A DNA stretch of 64,000 nt. Source: Takakia lepidozioides. Its lineage: Eukaryota; Plantae; Bryophyta. Positions 12,942 through 24,431 of this stretch are shown piece after piece. The notes beneath the pieces are model-generated. The model ran no database searches. It was not told the DNA's origin and was given only the letters and a program-made list of their open reading frames with translations. The DNA lies in contig CM060734.1 of NCBI GenBank assembly GCA_030704615.1, positions 55,118,001 to 55,182,000 on the forward strand. The letters run 5' to 3'. The position numbers were made by a program, and so were the translations under genes. The first letter of the stretch is position 1. The number at the start of each line of letters is the position of its first letter.

Positions 12942-14572
12942 TTAAAAAACCATCCAACATTAATTATTTTCTCGACTCGCTATAATTAAGGGGCCTGATT
13001 TGTGAGCTGTCGCTCCCAAGTGTTTCCATTTTTTATTTTTTTAAACACACATTTTAGTTTTTTAGAATAAAAACAGGGAAACACTGGCCCGGACCGCTTT
13101 TCACCCTTTTATCTTCCAACTTCATACCCAAGCCACACATGACATATTTGTTGCCTAAATACAATTCTCATAACGCGGGCCCTTGGCGCGCAACAGTGTC
13201 ACGTCGTTCCTACACTATCGATGGCACGTTCGCTCAACGTAGTTTTTTAATGAAAGAGAAACCTATACGTTATGGAGATGGAAGTGCGTTCCTTGAATGT
13301 TGCATCCTGTGATAGGGCGCCACCAATGTGGGAAGGCGCCATGAGAGCAAGAAAGGATGAGATAACTATCACCCATTGCCTTGCTGGATCTTAGCTACCA
13401 ATCCCTGTTGTTCAAACTGGGTCGCACCAAGGGAAGATGGGGCTTGTGTGGCCGCTTGCATTGCAGTGTTGGGAAGACGCCGTTCCCCGATGTGCGTCCT
13501 GCAAATGGAGGCAAATGTTAGGTGTGGCCTGGCTATCAACTGAAAAACATCTATCCGGCAACCCCCTTGCTGCTTCAGATTCTGCAACTCAGTCAGCGCT
13601 GCGGTCCTCGCTGAAGCTTCCGGAGCAATGGTCCTTCTCATGCTCCCATCTCCGCTTGCCATGCCACTCTTTACTGAATCAATCCCTTTCAACCTTTCCG
13701 CGATACCCAGAGACCAATGGGTTGAGTCCAACAAGCAAGCAACAGAAAAAAAAACCTTGCAAACTACTGTCGTGTGAATGGATAGAGCCTTTCAAAAATC
13801 TCAACAGACGTACAAGAGAAGAAATTGTCAACGTTGCCTGCTCTCAAGCCTCTGTTGTACACAACAGAAATCGATAGCATCTAGAGGTTTTGAGCCCTTG
13901 GATTGTCAGCCTATCCTCCAGCCATACTTGCCACTATTCCGCATTTCTTAAGTAAAAACTGAATTTGAGCCTTTGTTCATGACAAATGGATCTTTTTGGG
14001 GAAACCTGTCTTTATCTTGTTTCCAAGGCTAATTGGCCCATCCTGCTTGCGAAATCGCTTCACGCCTTCATTAGTTCTGAGGTATGCGAAAGAGAGAGAG
14101 AGAGGGAAAAAAAAAAAACAAAACCCTAGGGTAGGATCGTCGATCGGGTCAGGAGTTTTGTTTGTATGCTTGCTTGCGAACCAGCGTAGCTATGGCGTGA
14201 GCCCAGCCCCGTGAGCCTGGGAGCTGAGCTCACGTTGTAGCTGCAAAGCGTGAGCGGCACAAATCTGCTGGAGAAGCAGGTCCTATAGGCGAGGATTGCA
14301 AGAAGAGGGCCTATTACCGTGGAGAAAACAAAGGGGGCCACCATGCACCATGTCTGCAATGCCTGCACATAAAGAGGAATATGAAAATATGGCAGAATTG
14401 AGCTCAGAATGATTGACACACTTTATTTCAATTCACATATAGACGCTTACAATGAATGGCATGTGCACTTGCCCTGGTTCCGTGAACGAAATGTATGTGT
14501 TTGTCCTAAATGCAAAGTCTTCACACGGTAACCTGGAAACCAGCGTGGGAAGCGGGCATGGCTCGTATGTGT

Positions 14573-17500
14573 TCAAAGAGAATTTGGCGGAGCCCTACGT
14601 GAGGTGTCCCACTGCAGAAGGGTGATGACTTCTCCGTAGCCTAGTGTGGCTTGGTGAATGAATTGGTCTCTCTTACCGTCGCAACACATAATTACAAGGT
14701 ATATGTAAACCCACTTCCCTCTCATGCCGAGAGCGCCCTCACGCATCGTTACAAAATCCGGACAAGTGCAAGTAGGGAAATTCCCCACGGTAACCTGATA
14801 TTCTTTGCCATGAAGAACTGAGCCAATAGACAGCACTGTGTAAATCTGTCCATACCCCGGGGCAGGGACTTCGGTGATACGAGCCACCCGAGCCTGCAAA
14901 ATTCTAGCCGATTCCATCTTGCATTCATGATCTGCACCCGAAGCGACACGACGCACTGTTTTTCCATCTCTTTTTGTTGGGTGGGAGTCGGCACCGGGTG
15001 GAGGCATTGCCGGAGCATGTGGCACATCTGTGCCGACAGTGCACAAGGGCACCACTCGGGATCGTGCAAGACAAAACCCTCCCTCCTCCAGCATGCTTAT
15101 CTCGGTTGTTGACAGCGACGTCCCTAGTTTCACAGGCCGAATTGCGGGGGGAGGGGGTTTCATTATCACCAAAGGACGAACTATTCCCTTGACGCATCGT
15201 GCCATATCATCTGGGCAGAACCAGAACTTGTGGTCCTTTGACTCCCCACTATGATAAGGTCGGAACAACCCTGTGAATTTTGGAGTTGGAGTCCCCCTGG
15301 AGCCTTTGCATATTTTTGATTTGCATTTCTTGAAAGAGGGTGTCCGAATTGCCATGCAAGCAACTCTAGATCCTGGTGGGGTGCGTTCTATATGCCACTC
15401 AGTATCAATGCAATCAGATTCCTGCACCATGGCCACCATCTCCTCCAATGGGATTCCTGCTGCTATGCTTGCATGTTCTGCACCTGCTCCACAGGAGGAG
15501 GACCCACCTGGGAAGGGGTTGGCACACGACTTAGTTTGCACTGGAGACACCTTTGGCACAGAGAAATTGACCCTGTCTGGGCGATGGGAATCTCCATCTG
15601 ACCCTGGAAGAGTGTTCAATTTCCTTTTGCATGATCCAAATCTTTCCTCGCCTTCCAAATGAGGGAGCCTGGATTGCTAAGGGGAGCCTTCAGTGCACCT
15701 GTTCAAAGCTCTGGCCATCTTTGATGGGTCTCCGGACCTACTCGTAGCCCTTAGCATCAACAAAGTCGTACCGGGGCCCTTGCCTCCACCCCGTCCCATC
15801 AGAAAATTGCGGTACCTGGTTTGTTGTGTAACTGCCCGCACCATGTCATCAGCAGTGGCCACATACAAGTCACGACCTGCTTTGGTAGATTGCTGCATCC
15901 AGGCGCTATGAACAGTCTCCGCCAAATTACAGGATGGCATGTCGGCCAAGTCCTCCAAGGACATGTCCTGCAGGAGGCATTGCATGGAAATGTGAGGAAG
16001 GAAAGGAAATGGAAGAGGTTCTGCAAGCGACAATCCAAGAACCCCAAATGAAGAGGCACGATGCAAAATTTGTGATTTTGGGATTCAAGAGGCTTACCGT
16101 CGTCATAAAAGCTCCCCACTGTCTGTATCTGAAGTGCCAGAAAACCAACCAGTCCTCCAACTCCTTCAGGTGGATACCAGCAGCAGCACCAGAGGAGAAC
16201 CACCAAGCCCGGATTGCTTGGTAAGTGCTCTCAGCTTCTCCCATTGAGTTGGCATTTTTGTACTTGAGACAGAGCCTTCTGTGCTCCAACTGAAGGTCAA
16301 GGCGAATGCAGCGCTTTATATGACGTGCCAGAGATTGACTCCAATGGAAGAGGCATGTGCGCTCCTTATTTTCCATTGGGACCTTAGGATCCCCCGAACC
16401 AAACACGCGCCGCACTACATTGAAATTTGCCTGTGCACTATCAGCCATGAAGCCCGCAAAATTTGTGTTCTGTACTCCATTGTGCTGCATGACGGCCAGG
16501 AGCGAATTCCACATGAGCATCTGGGATTCAGTGTCCTCCGACTGCATATCACAAATTGCTATTGAGAGCACACACTGGTACGCTGGATCATACACATGGC
16601 ACGCCATGGTTGTCCAACCCTTCACCCGTTTGCAGTGATCAAACATCAACCAACATTTAGTCAAATCTCCTCCAGGTTGCATTCGGCGGACAATGCTCAC
16701 ACCACTGCCTTCGCCCACTGCAGACATCTTGAACAAATATACCTTGGACGAGCCCTGGCCAGGGAAGATACTGTTTTGAATGAATTCATAGCAACTTCTC
16801 CGTTTGAGGTCCATAATGTTGTCCATGAATCCAGCAGTGCCTGTGCCGACTCTGAGTGCATTCACCTGGTTTCGAATATTGGGAGAGCTCAACACGGAGA
16901 AATGGTCCATCACTGCATCAAGCGAATCTGCATCCAGCATTGGTTGTGTCGAATCCCCTTTACCCAGTATGTGTTTTTCCAGGAAAGCCTTGCTAGCTGC
17001 AAGCGCTATAGCAGAAGGTGTTGTACAAGGGGCATTGTGGAACTCCTGCTTCAGCAGATTTCTAGCAATGTCCACGCTATCCCTGGAACTTCCTTTGGAC
17101 ACAGGATGCTCGTGTGCACCCATATGAATGCAAGCACGAGTCATTGTCTTGCATCGGTGTGCCACCTGGTACATACGAGCGTGGCACACAGAAACACAGG
17201 ACGGGGAAAGTTTGCAGAACCTACACACAAAAGTATTGGTCTTTGGAGGGGCAAGTCCTGGGGTGAAAGGATTCAGGGGCACACCTTCCCACTCACTTTC
17301 GTTTGGTTGAGCGCTGTTTCTCAGGCGAGGGCAAGATATATTCAGGCACTTGCAATGCCCAACGCAAACCGACCTTCGAAATTTCAATCCAATGTCGTTG
17401 TGGATGTTTGACGTTTTTGTCCTGCACCAAGGGTGTCCGTCATGTTTCTTGTCCATGCCCTGCAGAAGCCCAGCCAGTCCATTGGAAGACGTTGGAGGGT

Positions 17501-18119
17501 TGAGCTCAAACAAGATGTCCCCATCAAACTCTGCTGGCACGTATTGAACCCGCTGCACACGAAGGGACTCCCAATCAACAAAACGCAGCTCGCTCTTGCA
17601 CCCAAGCACCCCTGCGAGGGCTTTCAATTTTGGAATGACACTCGTTATCTCTTGCAATTCGGATTCATCCAAGAATGGAGTCTGCATTGGCGGAGGAATC
17701 TCAGAAACATCCTCCGAGGACGAGTCTGAAAGAGTCACGAATGTAGTGGATGTGCTCACCTCTTGTTTCACATGAACTGTGCCCTTTTGCTGCACGACCG
17801 ATGCTACAGTTCCAGGGGTAATGACTGATCCTGCTGATTGTCTTCTCTCTTTTCCAAAGACACGGTATGTGCCTAGAAGGACTCTCCACTTCCTTCCACA
17901 CTCGCCAACCAATGGTTTCTCCAAATGTCCAGAATCCAAATTCCCATCCTCGTCATACACCTCTTTTTGAACAAGCAGAGAACCCAATTCCAGTGGGAAC
18001 ACTGTAACCAGCTCATCCTCATGAACAACTGCAAACCCATCGTCGTCTGCAGTGGCAGTCAATGGAAGACTACCTGCATTGGAATGAAATCGGGCCAGTC
18101 TATCTCGCTCCCTGGACAT
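14573..18119 (-). pseudogene. Mutator/MULE-type DDE transposase with N-terminal GCM/WRKY-like Zn domain and C-terminal SWIM remnant (~1140 codons, 2 exons)
   Basis: Exon 1 is 18119-16098, a GT..AG intron spans 16097-15968, exon 2 is 15967-14573. Motifs: CxGxCxC..CxxC..HMGAHEHP; WLMFD (D1); FMADSAQAN (D2); CLFH (CxxH); PSCNLAETVH (E); YQVTVGNFPTCTCPDF (SWIM, CxH half missing). One in-frame TAG at 15679-15677. Confidence 0.85.
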
Positions 18120-18946
18120 GTTTTCCTACGCTGACCGAAACTTTCGATTCACAACGGAATCCCCGAACTGATAGCCCGGAATTCTCGAAAGAGGATCCAC
18201 CACAAAAAAAATTGAGGTCAACAAAGGTCGCACTAACCCAAAGGCTGCGGGCGATGCATCAAAAGGATGTAGGAATGACATGCACTGAACTTCGCAGACA
18301 GCCACGCTGAGAGACACCAACTAGAAAAACTGTTTTCAAATACAGGAAGCCACAAGAAGCCGTGCTGTTTTTGGATGAAAAACAAACCCTGAACATGACA
18401 TGAAACCATCCTTTATGGAAAGACGGCAACAACCCTGGAGAGCAGTAAACAGGAAGACCCCGAATGTAATGAGGTTGTGCCATGCCAGAAGAGCACAACA
18501 CAAACACTGACACTCCAAGAGTCACCTCGCACGGATGTGTGCAACACAAGATCATTTCCGACACAACCCTTTATACCGAATGACCCCATGGCGACGATGA
18601 CGGCAAAATGCAAAGCACAGGGCAGGCAGTACGACACACGTGGATGCATATGTGAAGCACAACATTTATGGCGAATCTGCAAGAACTGCTCCAAATTGAA
18701 CTAGCATTAGATTTCTACGGCACTTCCGAATTTGAAACAATGCAAGAAGGCCGCCATATATTGGCAGGCGTCGAAGTACATTTGACATATATCACAAGTA
18801 CATGCAATGGATGTACATATTTTCTAGCACTTTATTTCTTGAATAATACAAAGACGCCGAAATGGATGAATTCCGTTCGCACACAATAACAACACCCGCA
18901 TCCAAATACGGTTGACAATGTCCAATTTCGATTTTGGTTACATGCA

Positions 18947-21900
18947 ATGGCAACCCTTGTTGCAAACGTCAAACTGGAGAGCTCTAGAGGCATCGTGGGG
19001 AGCCCTTGTTTCCAGCGGAGGAGGAAGAGAAGGAAGTCATTATACTTCACGAGCTCTAGAAACAGGAATAGAGCCAGATATAGAATGAGGATGGAAAGAG
19101 TGGCCGAAGAGGAAAAGGCGGAAGAAGAGGGCAAAGAGGAAAGTTCGGCGATGGAAGAGCAGGAATCCGGAGAAGAACAGCAGTCTGCCATAGTTCCAAG
19201 AACAGATGAGGAGGACACTGCATCCGAGGGAGAGGCAGACGCCGAAGATGATGTTGACGCTGGCCTCACGAAGAACCTAATAGTGGAAGAGAGGATAGGG
19301 GAGATGCTCCAGAACATGCGAGGCGTGGAGAGCAGTCCGAAGCGCAAAGGGTCCCCGGCGATTGGGGAGTCTTCTGGAGCAGCCAAAAAAAAGGTACAAT
19401 CTTTGAAACCCACATTTGTGCTTCATTGCTGATGTGAACCCAAGTTGAGATTCTATTTTGATATGAACATAGTCTACACACGGCATCTCTGCCAGGTTGC
19501 ATCAATCGCGAACAAGAAGCTCAAACAGTGTGCGTTGATGCACACTGTTTGAGCCTTCCATTTTGCTGGCTTGTTGATGTGCGAAACGGCCAAATTGGGG
19601 AACTAGGGCAGGTTCAATCCACCACGAATTGGAAGCTGAAACAGTGTGCGTTGGCGCACACTATTTGAGCCCCGCATTTTACTTGGTTGATGGTGTGTAA
19701 AACGGCCAGATAGGGCCACTATGCCCGGTTCAATCCTCCACTATTTGGCAGCTCAAACAGTGTGCGTTGGCGCACACTGTTTGAGCCCACCTTCTCATTG
19801 ATTTTTCATCTGAAAAACGGCCACAAACGGCATGTATTTGAGGATCAATCATCACTTACATGGTAGCTCAAACAGTGTGCGTCAACGCACACTCTTTGAG
19901 CTCACCTTGTCATTGCCTTTGTCATCTGAAAATCGGCCACATAGGGTATGAATTTGAGGATCAATCATCACTTACCTGGCAGCTCAAACAGTGTGCGTTG
20001 GCGCACACTATTTGAGCTACCCTTATCATTGCCTTTTTCGTTTGAAAATCGACCACATAGGGCATGTCTCTGAGGATCGATGAACACTTATCTGGCAGCT
20101 CAAACAGTGTGCGTTGGCGCACACTGTTTGAGCCCACCTTCTCATTGATTTTTCATTTGAAAAATGGCCACAAACGGCATGTATTTGAGGATCAATCATC
20201 ACTTACATGGCAGCTCAAACAGTGTACGTCAACGCACATTGTTTGAGCTCACCTTGTCATTGCCTTTGTCATCTGAAAATCGGCCACATCGGGTATGAAT
20301 TTGAGGATCAATCATCACTTACATGGCAGCTCAAACAGTGTGCGTTGGCGCACACTGTTTGAGCTAACCTTATCATTGCATTTTTCGTTTGAAAATCGGC
20401 CACATAGGGCATGTCTCTGAGGATCGATGAACACTTATCTGGCAGCTCAAACAGTGTGCGTTGGCGCACACTGTTTGAGCCCACCTTGTCACTATTTTTT
20501 CCCTGTGAAATTCGGCAATACAGGGCATGTCTCTGAGGTTCAATGTACAGTTACCTGGCAGCTCAAACAGTATGCGTCAACGCACACTGTTTGAGCTCAC
20601 CTTGTCATTGCCTTTGTCATCTGAAAATCGGCCACTAAGGGCTTCTCTTTGAGGTTCAATGAACACTTACCTGGCATGTCTCTGAGGTTCAATGAACACT
20701 TACCTTGCAGCTCATACAGTGTGCGTCAACGCACACTGTTTGAGCTCACATTTTCTTTTTTTTTCATCTGAAAAATCGGCCACTAAGGGCTTTTCATTGA
20801 GGTTCAATGAACACTTACCTGGCATGGCTTTGAGGTTCAATGAACACTTATCTTGCAGCTCAAATAGTGTGCGTCAACGCACACTGTTTGAGCGCACCTT
20901 TTCTTCCACACATGGCCTGTCTGCCATGCTCAAACACCATCGTCTCATGCCTCACTCTTATATCAATTTGAATGGACAACCGTGCAGGAGAAGATGCAAA
21001 GTGTGGCGGAGGAGATCCCTTCGGGGCTGGGGAAGGAGATTATTGTTGATGTTGACGATGAGTTCTATGAAAGCAAAGCCGCTGAGATGCTGGGGGGTCA
21101 GAAGGTAAACTCTCAGCTTGTGGTGCAAAGTATGCTTGCCCCGGGTGGGAGGTTGAAGATTCCCCTGTGTAGGATGGTTTCCATGCCCGTCGTTCGATCA
21201 CCCCTCATCAAGGACATTCTCAAGCTAGAGGCCGAGTTTGTTCATGGGTATTTGGATGGATCCGTAGTGTTTTACGTTTGTACAAAGGATTCCAGAGGCA
21301 ATGAACTCCTTGTGGATGAGTCAATCGTGGACTCCTAGGATCCTATTTGGAGACAGGTGAACAAATCCTTCGAACTTCTTCTCTCCAGGAAACCTTCCAC
21401 CCAGGCATTCTCGGGGAAGATGTTTCACGTTTGGGATGGGAACCACCGGTTGCTTGCATGGATGGCTGTCATTGGGAGGCTGCACTCACAGGAGGAAGAG
21501 TGGCATTACTCTGTTCGATCGATGGTGCTGGATTGTGAGGGGAACATGATGGGTCTTCTGACGGCAATGAATGATGTGAACAGGTTGGTTTCTCATTCTA
21601 CATGTTCCACTTGTAGTTCCGTGGTTCTTTGATTAAAGTCCTTGAATTTCATTCTGACTTTCAGATATCATTCTGCAGAGGAACGGAGACATCGAATGTC
21701 AAAACGAGTTTGGTTCACACACTATATAGGATACAAAGGATCGGGCAGATGCCCTTGACCAACTTCAAGACCATCCTTTCAGCAGAGACGTACAAGAAGT
21801 GCAAAAGCTCCAAGACATCGGAAACGTGGTACTCGTTGACACGTGAGGCTTTCATGGAGTACATGTACACGGTGAGATACATCTTCCTTCATCTGCCCTT

Positions 21901-24189
21901 TCCATATTCCTGCTTCCACATGTTTGTTTCTGTTTGTTTCCCTTGCCCTTGGGTTGATGCAACTCTCGTGCATTCCCTTGCAGCAAGACATTGCATATGC
22001 AGGGGAGCGTGGCAAACTGGATTACTACAGGTCAACCCCTGAGGAGAGAAGGACAGTAAAGGGGTTGAGAGTCACATCCAGAAAGAGATGACCGCTACAA
22101 GAAGGACTATAATGAGTGCTTTTGTGAAGCAGTTGAGAATTGCCGACCCATCATTCGGATCGCAGTTTCTCCTGGAGATAAAAAAAACCATTATAACAAG
22201 CCAGGCAAGCCAGAGGTGGCCCAGAAGAAGTTACACAGGTTGTCTACCGCCGTTGTGTCTTCAGAACAGAAGGTGAAGTGGCTACAAATATGGAACTCCG
22301 ATCCCACAGTTAGGGATACCCACATGTTCCCCAGGCCGGAGAAAGAGAAGAAGACCCAGCGTGTCATTCCTATCAGTGACAATGTGCTGGACACATGGCT
22401 TCAGTTTGTTCTCATGGAAGAGAATTGCTTGGACAAACATCCAGATTTCGTGGACCTCTGGCTTGTCCCTGCTGGCAACCAGACCATGTTTACTACTGGG
22501 ATCTTGCATGACTGGGGCCCAGACCATCTTTCTTCTTGTGGTTGGTATTTGGATTGCCCTCTTTCTGAGACCCCAGCTCCGGAGATGTCTTTGAGGAGAG
22601 AGAATGAGCGAATTGCAGCCACTGCCGCAGCAGCCGACCTCGACATTCATGAACGAGATTTGAGGACTCTTGCAGAGAAGGAGCCTCCCGCTTAGGATAC
22701 CCCGGGTAGAGGTAGAAAGGCAAAGGGAAAAGATGTTGCTGGTGTTGTGGGGAAAGGAAGGGGTAGAGGGAAGGTGGCACAAGGGCAGGGAAGTGTTGCA
22801 GATATTGGCCCAGTGGTGCATGTTCAGCAGACTCCACCGCATGGTAGGGGATCCGTGAGAAAGAACAAGGGGGTGGTTGATCCCAAGGACCCGTACCATG
22901 AAGTGGAACATCCGATGAGGGTCATTCGCCCTACCAGGTTGGAGATGGCCTACGTCGGATTCCTTGCCATGATGGAGTCCAAGAAATTTGATTACAAGGG
23001 CGAGCCATCACCAGTGTGGGAGAGGATTGTGGAGTTCCTTGGCACGGTGCGTGTTCTCTTTTGCTTCTTCTCTGCTGTGGGCATGGATCGTTTCAATCCT
23101 CTTGAGTATTCCATTGTAATTTTGTTTGCAGGCTAAAATGACCAAATCCTGGGTGAACGGGAAGGAGAAGCAATATGCAGCCGAACTCATAATCTTGGAC
23201 ATCCCTGATGGGTTGGCAGTCCCGGATGTCCCTCCATCGGATGCTGTCCGGGTTGGAATGCTTTTGATGAGCGCTACTGGCGGTGGGTTTTCTCCTTTTG
23301 CAATTTTTTCCTATCTGATGCAGGTGTTTTGGTGCTCATACAGTCCGCTGACGTTTGCTGTTGCCGTGCACTTGCCAGCTATTTGAAAGCCTCGGGCATG
23401 AGAGTCCTGAAGACATGGAATTGTGTGAACAGCATGTACCTTACGAAGGGGGATTGTCCGGGAGAGATGGTAAATTTGCCTTCTTCTTCCTCTTCTTGGT
23501 GGTTCTCGAATGGAGTTGTGTAGGTCGCTCGAACTCATATGTAGGGGCCTGATTTTTGAAGCTTCTTAGTTCCTTGTGGATGTGTTGTTCACAGACTCGT
23601 TTGTTTGAAGCTGTTTGTCTCGTCCGAGTGCATCCACCAACGACTCCGGCCGGCATTTCGGAGTTCGCCATCACTCATGGGGGCAAGTTCATAGACGACA
23701 GGACAGATCCTCCCACGGATGACATGCACCACAACTACGTCGACAACAACGTCTGCTTGCGAAGGGGGGATGGGGTTCCTTGGAGAGGGGCGAGGGAGAG
23801 GAGCCCGGCTTTCATTCAAACGATTGTGGAGTGCTGCACCTACACAGACGCCAGAGTTCTGGATTTGTCAATGGCACAGGTTCGTCTCTTCAACATTCAG
23901 ATTTCATGAGGTTTGATTGAGCTTGCACTTTCAGTACTTCCCACCGTTCCAAATGTGTCTTCAATGTCTGCTTCCTTCATTCTATTCTACTGCAGGTGCT
24001 TCGTACCACGCTTGCAAGGCCAGTGCGCGACATCTCTTTGGGATTGAAGGGGATGCTGAGATTTACAAGAACCTCCTGATGGGTTTGGGTGGACACACTT
24101 CTCAAGTCCTTCCGAAGCCTCGTCCCGCTGATATTGATACAGAGGAGACTTCCGACAAGGAGCTGGACTCCAACTTTGCCTGTGAGTAA
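18947..24189 (+). pseudogene. Spliced gene: acidic/basic N-terminus, ParB/Sulfiredoxin-like domain, beta-class N4C/N6A-type DNA methyltransferase-like domain
   Basis: Putative GT-AG exons ~18947-19393, 20988-21583, 21679-21871, 21984-23046, 23132-23469, 23595-23879, 23996-24181. ParB-like motif FHVWDGNHRLLAW. MTase motif IV-like ELIILDIPDG precedes motif X/I-like RERSPAFIQTIVE...VLDLSM(GT)GAS...RHLFGIEGD. Contains stops (e.g. TAG 21336) and 1-bp frameshifts. Confidence 0.75.
19519..20893. repeat. Array of 12 palindromes GCTCAAACAGTGTGCG-N4-CGCACACTGTTTGAGC (36 bp), period 115-116 bp
   Basis: Starts at 19519, 19635, 19751, 19866, 19982, 20098, 20213, 20329, 20445, 20561, 20710 and 20858. The last two intervals are 148-149 bp because of a ~33-bp internal duplication. 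Confidence 0.97.
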
Positions 24190-24431
24190 GTTCAACCTGT
24201 GGATGCTTGCATTGTTGTTTCAATATCGAGAATCACTGTTCTTGAGGCAAAGTTCACATGGCAGACATCCTCTTCGTTGGACTTGTGTATTGCATATTGT
24301 GTTCTGAATGGGTTTTTGTCGACATGTGCAGGAGTCCGCGTGCTTCCACTTGCCCTCCAGGGTTATCACACCTATTTGGACTTCTTTCCAGTCCTCCTCG
24401 GTCTTGCGTGCTACCTGTCTATGTGGAGGGA

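Larger units (their letters stand above)
10420..13098 (+). repeat. ~1.15-kb dispersed repeat, copy B, interrupted by two MITEs
   Basis: Direct repeat of 2749-3923 with insertions at 11241-11948 and 12004-12941. Confidence 0.88.
14573..24430. mobile_element. Large Mutator-like DNA transposon (family copy 1): transposase plus divergent ParB-like/DNA-MTase gene and palindrome array
   Basis: Same architecture recurs at 56016-60045. The right end abuts a truncated copia LTR at ~24431. The left end lies somewhere near 14130-14570. TIRs were not identified. Confidence 0.8.

Noticed and set aside
13369-13877. Overlapping 121-aa and 146-aa ORFs as a gene
   Set aside because: No recognisable motif or splice support; it may be a gene fragment but I cannot support a call.
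14127-14260. Left terminus (TA|GGGTAGG, CGTGAGC motifs) of the large transposon
   Set aside because: No matching right TIR; the right end appears lost at the copia junction.
16596-17411. 271-aa plus-strand ORF and other long antisense ORFs over TE genes
   Set aside because: Shadow frames of the transposase and pol genes.
19519-20893. CRISPR array
   Set aside because: Linkers are ~80 bp and homologous to one another, there are no cas genes, and the context is a eukaryotic intron.
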